Of a stretch of 64,000 nucleotides of DNA, positions 57,659 to 64,000 are shown piece after piece (position 1 is the stretch's first letter; each line of letters opens with the position of its first letter). Origin of the DNA: Candidatus Thorarchaeota archaeon (GTDB taxonomy: Archaea > Asgardarchaeota > Thorarchaeia > Thorarchaeales > Thorarchaeaceae); contig JBHLRZ010000004.1 in NCBI GenBank assembly GCA_048882045.1, positions 91,440-155,439 of the forward strand. Direction: 5' to 3'. A program made the position numbers and the translations under genes. The notes under the pieces are model-generated. The model ran no database searches, was not told the origin of the DNA, and saw only the letters and a list, made by a program, of their open reading frames with translations.

Positions 57659-57916
57659 ATGACTCGTTCATGCACAGTCTGTAGGGGAAAATCCAAGATT
57701 CGATGTGACCGTTGCAGAAATGAGTTTTGTCAAGACCATGCAATGAAGTGTTCGTCATGTGGTACAATAACATGCATTCGTGACCTCAATCGAAAGACAA
57801 TCTGTCCAGCATGTCACAAAAACCTTGACATCTGCCCAGAATGTCTTCTTAATGGAAAGGTCGTTCGTACTATAGCTGGGACTAAATTCTGTCCTGAGTG
57901 CGGGTGGAGTGGCTAA
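57659..57916 (+). CDS. Cys-rich multi-zinc-finger small protein
   Basis: CTVC, CDRC...FCQDH, CSSC, CPAC and CPEC twice. Confidence 0.72.
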   Translation: MTRSCTVCRGKSKIRCDRCRNEFCQDHAMKCSSCGTITCIRDLNRKTICPACHKNLDICPECLLNGKVVRTIAGTKFCPECGWSG

Positions 57917-58170
57917 AGTATAAAGAACACTATGTAAAGCAGGATTGCAATGAGTCCTATTGCAGATATGATTCTTGATCCTCTACCATAACCCCACATT
58001 ATCGGAATGGGTCCTAAGAATATGATCCCCTTGCTCTCGGTTTTCATCTGGCCCGGTCCATCATGATCCTGTCTTATGGTAAGTATGATTGCAAGAAAAA
58101 TAAGAAGAATTCCCCCTATCAACAAGAACCAACCAATTGACTGTGTTAATGTAATCTGCATTATCATCAC
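57913..58170 (-). CDS. DUF131/TIGR00304-family membrane protein
   Basis: GIIFLGPIPIMWG signature between TM helices. Confidence 0.85.
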   Translation of the reverse strand: MMIMQITLTQSIGWFLLIGGILLIFLAIILTIRQDHDGPGQMKTESKGIIFLGPIPIMWGYGRGSRIISAIGLIAILLYIVFFIL

Positions 58171-58721
58171 CTTGTATCAAAAACACTACTTGGGAGTTCA
58201 AACTCCATTCTCTCATATCCTCCCACTTCGTCTCCTTCCATTGCCCAGAGTGTTATTATATCAGAGTATATCTCAAAGTCAAGTGTAGTTTCCACAGCAA
58301 GTATCTTGGAACCTACTGGGAATCGCCACAATATTTCAAAATCATACGGTGCGGTTTCTTCCTCAAGCCAAGTTTCTATCTTGTTCACACCTTCTCTGAA
58401 TCGACCAGCAAAGTCAATTAGATAGACAACTGAAACAACTTCACTTATTCCTTTGAGAAATATGTCACAATAATCTACTCGTGACTTGACCCTCTCTTCG
58501 TTGATCTCTACTCTTTCTAGGTCGAGGAAATGCTGCATGTTGTCAGCAAGCTTTTCAATCTCTTTTTTCAAGAGACGCTCATCTCGAATAACTCTTCTAT
58601 AGTACCCCTCTGGATCTGTATATTCATAGCTCAAACGCTCATGAATCTCTCCCGTGTTTGATACAGAAAAGAACGACTCAGCGTGAATCGGTTCAACGAA
58701 CTCAGAGAGAGCTTCTTCCAT
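58167..58721 (-). CDS. Hypothetical protein (184 aa)
   Basis: Clean ORF with a 4-nt overlap with the DUF131 gene. Confidence 0.75.
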   Translation of the reverse strand: MEEALSEFVEPIHAESFFSVSNTGEIHERLSYEYTDPEGYYRRVIRDERLLKKEIEKLADNMQHFLDLERVEINEERVKSRVDYCDIFLKGISEVVSVVYLIDFAGRFREGVNKIETWLEEETAPYDFEILWRFPVGSKILAVETTLDFEIYSDIITLWAMEGDEVGGYERMEFELPSSVFDTR

Positions 58722-58732
58722 CTCACTATCAC

Positions 58733-59752
58733 CTATTCTAATGGTACTGAATGTATTCCATTTTCTGAAAGATGTTTTGAAAGAGTTCTGCCATTCTCAG
58801 TGAAACAGTAAGCAATACGTGGATTCACAGATTTTGCAAACTCCACAAGTCCGTTGAAATCAGAATGTGCACTGAGTGGAAACCCTCTTCGACGATACAT
58901 ACCAATGGACCATCCAGATAGATCATAGTACTCCAATTTCAGCTCAATCTTTGAGAACGCCTTGTCACCACAGAGTTTCTTCATGTTGCGAATTGTGTGT
59001 CGCGATGAGGAACTCACAATGACTGCCCCTTCAGTTAGAGCTTCAGTCGTCTGTGATGCCTTAAGTGTCAGATGTCGAAGGTCCACTCCATGTCTCTTGT
59101 AGACTGAACAAACTCTATCGATGCTCGTGTTTCCAGAGATTACCCTAAATCCACCACTCTGAAGTAGAGCAATCGCTTCCTGTGATTTCCCAAGCGAATA
59201 TGCATGAAAGATAGGTATTCTCCCTTCATCTACATGATTTGTAGCAACATCAAGTATATCACTATAGATGGACTTTCTTTGAGGAAAAATCCAGTTGGGA
59301 GCACCATACGTAGCTTCAGTGATTAGAACATCTGCCTTTACAGGTGTTGCTGCTTTGTGAATCAGACTATCCACATTGTTGAAATCTCCACTGTATAAGA
59401 CCGTTAAGCCATCATTGAATTCAATGTGAAACATCGTGGACCCAAGAACATGACCAGCATTCAGTGCTGTGATATTAGCGCCAATCTGACCAAACATGTC
59501 TCCATACTTGATCTCTGTCTTATTCCTGAAGCTATCAGCTCGTCTGGCCTGCCAAGTGTCAAAAGTCCCCTTTGTGGCAATAATATGTGCTGCATGCTTG
59601 AGACCTCCGATATGGTCAGAATGAGAATGTGAGAGGAGCGTTGTTTCACCTCTAACTCCAGTATCAAGTGCAAGCTTCACATCCCCATATTCTAGGAGAA
59701 ATCCTGTTCCAACTTTCTTGACACTGACAGTAGCCATGTAAGTCCAAGTCAA
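58733..59752 (-). CDS. MBL-fold beta-CASP nuclease (DNA-damage exonuclease-like)
   Basis: SHSHSDH, AGHVLGS, YSGD, EATYG, YSLGKSQE and LSAHSDF. Confidence 0.88.
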   Translation of the reverse strand: MTWTYMATVSVKKVGTGFLLEYGDVKLALDTGVRGETTLLSHSHSDHIGGLKHAAHIIATKGTFDTWQARRADSFRNKTEIKYGDMFGQIGANITALNAGHVLGSTMFHIEFNDGLTVLYSGDFNNVDSLIHKAATPVKADVLITEATYGAPNWIFPQRKSIYSDILDVATNHVDEGRIPIFHAYSLGKSQEAIALLQSGGFRVISGNTSIDRVCSVYKRHGVDLRHLTLKASQTTEALTEGAVIVSSSSRHTIRNMKKLCGDKAFSKIELKLEYYDLSGWSIGMYRRRGFPLSAHSDFNGLVEFAKSVNPRIAYCFTENGRTLSKHLSENGIHSVPLE

Positions 59753-59788
59753 GATTAATTGCTATTCAACAAAAGGGTTTCCCAGTAT

Positions 59789-60691
59789 CTAAAGGGATTT
59801 CCTCATCAGTGATAGTTCTCTCCTTGAAGATTTGGTAGAGATCTTCTCACATTCCTCAATCAAACCTGCCTGTCCAGACCCCAAGAGTGGCAATTGGACT
59901 CGGTTAACACCAATCTTGGTCCCCTCAGCTGCAATTGCTTCTGCCACCTGACTCCAATCTACTACTTTTGGGTCTGCCATCAATGGTGAAACTACTAATG
60001 AATTGCTTGTCGACCAAAAACCAGCAACTGCAGAAACCTTGTCGTTGACTGTATATGTTACGAAACTCTTCTGTGCCAAAGCGAAGTCACGTGCAACCCA
60101 AACTAATGAGTTGGTCAAGTCTAGCAGCTTACTCGTGTCCCATATCAGTTCCTTTGCCTTCTCCTCTTTTGGTTCATTGTCCCACATAAGTGGGTGGTAG
60201 TTCCCTTGTCTGAAATCGAAGGAATATTGACTAATCTTTGTTACTTCCTCAAAACCAGCCCGTTCTAACAGATTTCGTGTCCACGCATCGACTTCAAAGC
60301 TCAAGGGGAATCCTATTGGGTCCGCAATCTCATCATTTGAGATGAGGATATCCACATCACGGATTGCAACAGTCTTGAAAAAGGGAAGAGAAGCCTTGAT
60401 GATCTGGTAAGTTGCAGCTTCTCTATATGCTTCCTTTATTGCAACCGAAATCAAAACCATGGACAGACGAGTACGGTCTCTGTAGATTGTTGTGCCTCCA
60501 ATGATATTGTCAGCAACTGAAGACACAAAGCTGATACTCTCAGGCATTTTTAGGAACTGTAAGGCAAGTGAAGGGTCATTGACTTTTCGAGAATTCGTTT
60601 CCTGCAACAGATCAAGCCATATGTGTGACTCATTCTTGTTCAGGCGACCGTTAAACATCATTGGCTTGCTCATGCTTTTCCCTCGTGACAA
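59789..60691 (-). CDS. Hypothetical protein, possibly a degenerate tandem GNAT fold
   Basis: SVAIKEAYRE and LLERAGF are GNAT-like segments. Confidence 0.6.
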   Translation of the reverse strand: MSRGKSMSKPMMFNGRLNKNESHIWLDLLQETNSRKVNDPSLALQFLKMPESISFVSSVADNIIGGTTIYRDRTRLSMVLISVAIKEAYREAATYQIIKASLPFFKTVAIRDVDILISNDEIADPIGFPLSFEVDAWTRNLLERAGFEEVTKISQYSFDFRQGNYHPLMWDNEPKEEKAKELIWDTSKLLDLTNSLVWVARDFALAQKSFVTYTVNDKVSAVAGFWSTSNSLVVSPLMADPKVVDWSQVAEAIAAEGTKIGVNRVQLPLLGSGQAGLIEECEKISTKSSRRELSLMRKSL

Positions 60692-60789
60692 TCTGGTATC
60701 TCTTTATGAAATCCTACATAAGTCATGCTACATTTTCAGTGTACAATCGAAGGGTTTATTCACCATTGTGGAAATTGTTATTGTTGAAA

Positions 60790-61779
60790 ATGCAGTCGCT
60801 TGTCCTCACCGCCGATGGTCTTCAAATTTCTGACACCCCAATCCCACCATTGTTACCAGGTGATGTTCGGATTGAGGTTCGTTCGGTTGGAATCTGTGGA
60901 ACTGATATCGCAATTTGGAAGGGTGATTATCCAGCTGAACTGCCAATAATCCTCGGACACGAAATAGCGGGTGTCATTCATGAGAGTTCAGTACCCGAGA
61001 TTCAACCGGGTACAATGATCACTACAGAGATTGACATCTCGTGCGGTCGATGTTGGTATTGTCGAACTGGAGAGAGATATAGATGCGCTGATAGAGAAAT
61101 TCTCGGAGTTACTCGTGATGGAGGCCTTTCAGAATACATCACTGTACCTGCTGATTCAGTCCACGCTCTTCCGGAGAATGTAGATGTCATATCAGCCACC
61201 TTTGTTGAACCATTGGCATCTGCCATAGAGACTCAGAGAATTAGTCCGGCTGATGAAACTGAACCAGTTTTGATAATTGGGAGTGGAAAACTGGCTCTTC
61301 TATTAGCCCAAGTATATGACGCAAGCGGCGCAGATGTCCACATCGTTGGACGCAACAGATGGCAGTTGGGAATTGCTCGTCAGTTAGGACTTACAAACAC
61401 AATTGACCTGACATCAGACAATTGGAAGAAAAAGATACTAAATGTGACCCATGGAGTTGGCCCCAGAGTTGTTGTTGAAGCCACTGGAAATGTTGAAGGA
61501 CTTGACATGGCGTTTAGTGTAGTCCGGAATGGAGGAATTGTGAACCTAAAAAGCATGCATGGGTGCGAATTCACTATCGATCCTTCCAGCCTTGTCAAGA
61601 GAGAACTGACGATACATGGTGTAGTCCGAGGACCATTTCGAAGGGCAATCGATCTCCTGAGTAAAGGTCGCATAGAAGTAAAGCGTTTGGTGTCGAAGGA
61701 GTTCAAACTCGAAGATGGGGACAAAGCGTTTGAGTATGCTAACCAACCTTCTGTGACCAAAGTTGTGATTAACATATGA
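60790..61779 (+). CDS. Zn-dependent medium-chain dehydrogenase
   Basis: GICGTD, GHE, CGRCWYC...C, EPLA and GSGKLA. Confidence 0.92.
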   Translation: MQSLVLTADGLQISDTPIPPLLPGDVRIEVRSVGICGTDIAIWKGDYPAELPIILGHEIAGVIHESSVPEIQPGTMITTEIDISCGRCWYCRTGERYRCADREILGVTRDGGLSEYITVPADSVHALPENVDVISATFVEPLASAIETQRISPADETEPVLIIGSGKLALLLAQVYDASGADVHIVGRNRWQLGIARQLGLTNTIDLTSDNWKKKILNVTHGVGPRVVVEATGNVEGLDMAFSVVRNGGIVNLKSMHGCEFTIDPSSLVKRELTIHGVVRGPFRRAIDLLSKGRIEVKRLVSKEFKLEDGDKAFEYANQPSVTKVVINI

Positions 61780-63056
61780 GGATGCAGCGATTCGATACGG
61801 ATCTGCATATTCATTCTCTTCATTCTATAGGCGTAAGCAAATCAATGACAATACCCAATCTTGCCAGAGGGGCAAAGGAAAAGGGTCTCAATCTAATTGG
61901 AACAGGTGACATAACTCAGCCTGATTGGCTGAATCACGTAAAGAAGCATCTGTCTGAGATTGATGGCGTTTTGCATAGCAATGATGTTTCATTCATCCCT
62001 ACTGTTGAGATAGAAGATGGAGAGTCGATTCATCATTTGGTAATCCTCCCAGATTTCGAAGCAGTTGTTTCTTTGAGGACTAGTCTTATTTCATATTCTC
62101 CCAATATCAATGATGAATGGGGAGGACGGCCAAGAGCTAATATTCCGGGGGAACAGTTGGCTGGATTGGTCCGAGATGCTGGAGGTATGATTGGTCCAGC
62201 TCACGCATTTACACCTTTTCGTGCGATTTTCCGAGAGAACAAACATGTAAGTCTGAATTCTTGTTATGGTGATGAATCTTCTCACATACATTTTATCGAG
62301 TTAGGTCTCTCTGCAGATTCAGAAACAGCTGATTGTATCCCCGAGCTACGTAAGGTGACCTATGTCACGTCAAGTGATGCCCACTCTCCAGCTGCAAACA
62401 AACTCGGTCGCGAGTTCGTTCGTTTCGAGATGGAATCTGCGACCTATGACGAACTCTTTCTCGCAATAACTCGACAACGGAATAGAGGATCCTTGTTAAA
62501 CATCGGACTCAACCCAAGGTTGGGAAAATACTTCCTCTCGTTCTGCGACCATTGTAGGAGAACTCTCGTTATTCAGGATGGTAATGAGTCACCTAGTTTT
62601 GATGACTTGAATCTCTACATGAGTTGTTCAACACAGGAAGAGAAGCAGCGACTCTTAGATGACATCCACCGAAGAAAAATCATGTGTCCTGCGGACGGGA
62701 AGAAACTCCGACTAGGTGTCCGAGATCGTGCATTTGCAATTGGTGATGGGAAATCAAAGTCCCCTCCTCACAGACCTCCTTACCTTTACATTGCACCACT
62801 GTTGGACATCATATCTACATCCCTTTCTATCAAATCTACAAACTCCAAGACAGTCAGAAGGTTGTACGATCAGATGAGAGAGCGACTTGGTCCAGAGACC
62901 GTTATTCTCACTGAATCTCCAATTTCAGATATTCAGATGATGAACAAACGAGTAGCAATGATGATCAGTCGATATCGGGATAAGACTATAAGCTATATAG
63001 ATGGTGGTGGAGGAAGGTATGGAAAACTAATTCCTCCCTGGGAGAGTGTTGATTGA
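61776..63056 (+). CDS. Endonuclease Q family (PHP + Zn) protein
   Basis: DLHIHS, GTGD, GGRP, PAHAFTP, ELGLSAD, SDAHS...KLGRE, LGKY and GGGGRYG. Confidence 0.9.
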   Translation: MRMQRFDTDLHIHSLHSIGVSKSMTIPNLARGAKEKGLNLIGTGDITQPDWLNHVKKHLSEIDGVLHSNDVSFIPTVEIEDGESIHHLVILPDFEAVVSLRTSLISYSPNINDEWGGRPRANIPGEQLAGLVRDAGGMIGPAHAFTPFRAIFRENKHVSLNSCYGDESSHIHFIELGLSADSETADCIPELRKVTYVTSSDAHSPAANKLGREFVRFEMESATYDELFLAITRQRNRGSLLNIGLNPRLGKYFLSFCDHCRRTLVIQDGNESPSFDDLNLYMSCSTQEEKQRLLDDIHRRKIMCPADGKKLRLGVRDRAFAIGDGKSKSPPHRPPYLYIAPLLDIISTSLSIKSTNSKTVRRLYDQMRERLGPETVILTESPISDIQMMNKRVAMMISRYRDKTISYIDGGGGRYGKLIPPWESVD

Positions 63057-63361
63057 TTACAGTAGTTCGCGGGATAATTCGAGAAGTCGGAAAAAGTCGA
63101 ACTACTCCAGTATCAAGCAGAAGATGGTATGGATCGACTGACATTGTTGTTCAGAGTGAAGAAACTGGAAAAACCTACAGTGTGAGACTCCCCGCCACTA
63201 TCATGGACAAGTTTAGATTTCTCCCAAGAGTAGGAATGGATGTTATAATCCATGGATACGTAGAGGAGGCCGAATTTGGCCTCTCAGACTTCGTTGTATC
63301 TCGGGTGACTAGCATAAAACATGTCGGAGCTGACATCAAGAGAGTCCACAAGTTTGATTGA
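63053..63361 (+). CDS. Small OB-fold-like protein
   Basis: VRGIIREV...PRVGMDVIIHGYV beta pattern; 4-nt overlap with endoQ. Confidence 0.6.
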   Translation: MITVVRGIIREVGKSRTTPVSSRRWYGSTDIVVQSEETGKTYSVRLPATIMDKFRFLPRVGMDVIIHGYVEEAEFGLSDFVVSRVTSIKHVGADIKRVHKFD

Positions 63362-63363
63362 TA

Positions 63364-63663
63364 CTATTTACTACTTCTAATGAGAAAAGCAGGTGCAAGA
63401 ATCCATTGTGACCTACACTTGGGACATTTACTAGGCGCTTTAGAGGTCTTTCGAGTTTTGAATATGAATTGGCATTTCGCACAACTTGCAGGACGAACCA
63501 AGAGTTCTTGCTTCCTTCGCTTCACTGATTTTGAGATATGGTCAATATCTTCATACACGATTGACCTACTCTTGATGTCCAGTTGATCGCAGATATCTTC
63601 AGCAGTGAGTGGAAACTCTGCTTTTTCCAGCAGTTCTGTGATACGTTCCCTTCTGGTCTGCAT
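63364..63663 (-). CDS. HTH plus Zn-ribbon transcriptional regulator (COG3357-like)
   Basis: TRRERITELL, VYEDIDHISKS, CAKC.F.F and PSKCPKCRSQWI..P.F. Confidence 0.88.
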   Translation of the reverse strand: MQTRRERITELLEKAEFPLTAEDICDQLDIKSRSIVYEDIDHISKSVKRRKQELLVRPASCAKCQFIFKTRKTSKAPSKCPKCRSQWILAPAFLIRSSK

Positions 63664-63779
63664 GTCGTGTGCCTTGAAATGACTTGGAAATATACTTTGG
63701 GCTGTACAGCGTTTTGAACAGCCTGTACAAAACGTAGAGTCATATCTAATTGCATCATAGCATTTCATGTGATGTATCA

Positions 63780-64000
63780 ATGAGAAAATACAACACTGAT
63801 GTATCAAACAAGGCATTCGCGTCAGTATTAGCCGCCATCGTATTGACCGCCGGTGTATTTGCCGTCGCCATATACCTGCCTGGTCTAGGTCCTGGACCCA
63901 ACATTCCTGGTCCTACCAGTCTAGGTGCTAGAACTGCTGAATTCCTTAACTCTATGCGTGAAAACGTACAGCATTACTTCATCGCAAACTGCAGTTTTGT
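63780..64000 (+). CDS. Membrane/secreted protein, 3'-truncated by window edge
   Basis: MRKYNTDVSNKAFASVLAAIVLTAGVFAVAIYLPG... remains open to the end of the window. Confidence 0.65.
   Translation, partial: MRKYNTDVSNKAFASVLAAIVLTAGVFAVAIYLPGLGPGPNIPGPTSLGARTAEFLNSMRENVQHYFIANCSF

Noticed and set aside
1-64000. CRISPR arrays, transposases/integrases, and the many short overlapping ORFs in the track
   Set aside because: No regularly spaced repeats or mobile-element genes were seen; the short ORFs are mostly antisense or alternate-frame shadows of well-supported genes.

Overview
Gene-dense archaeal chromosomal segment with no rRNA, tRNA, CRISPR array or transposase recognised. The gene content points to an Asgard archaeon, probably Thorarchaeota-like (inference). 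The evidence is a TMEM258/Ost5-like protein, tandem giant FtsX-type permeases, several TM+zinc-ribbon and TPR proteins, an ASH-Ski2 helicase and EndoQ. The window is rich in DNA-repair and nucleotide-sanitising genes: uvrB-uvrA-uvrA coupled in tandem, uvrC, a Walker-A-less RadA paralog, RecJ/Cdc45-type DHH nuclease, HerA-like ATPase, beta-CASP nuclease, EndoQ, MazG and NUDIX. It also carries purine salvage genes, twin ferredoxins and three C-terminally anchored surface proteins. The most notable observations are: (1) two full-length, divergent, translationally coupled UvrA genes, suggesting a heterodimeric UvrA; (2) candidate eukaryote-like proteins, namely an Ost5/TMEM258 homolog, an uncalled 56-aa SecE/Sec61-gamma-like ORF near it, a coiled-coil protein with a Vps28-CTD-like domain, and a PRMT-like methyltransferase; (3) an uncalled 34-aa PIP-box-like micropeptide coupled to the inactive RadA paralog; (4) highly structured intergenic elements upstream of uvrB and of TPR-uvrC; (5) an 8Fe/7Fe ferredoxin pair and a nearby pseudogene duplicate. 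All homology calls were made by eye against remembered motifs; no searches were run.
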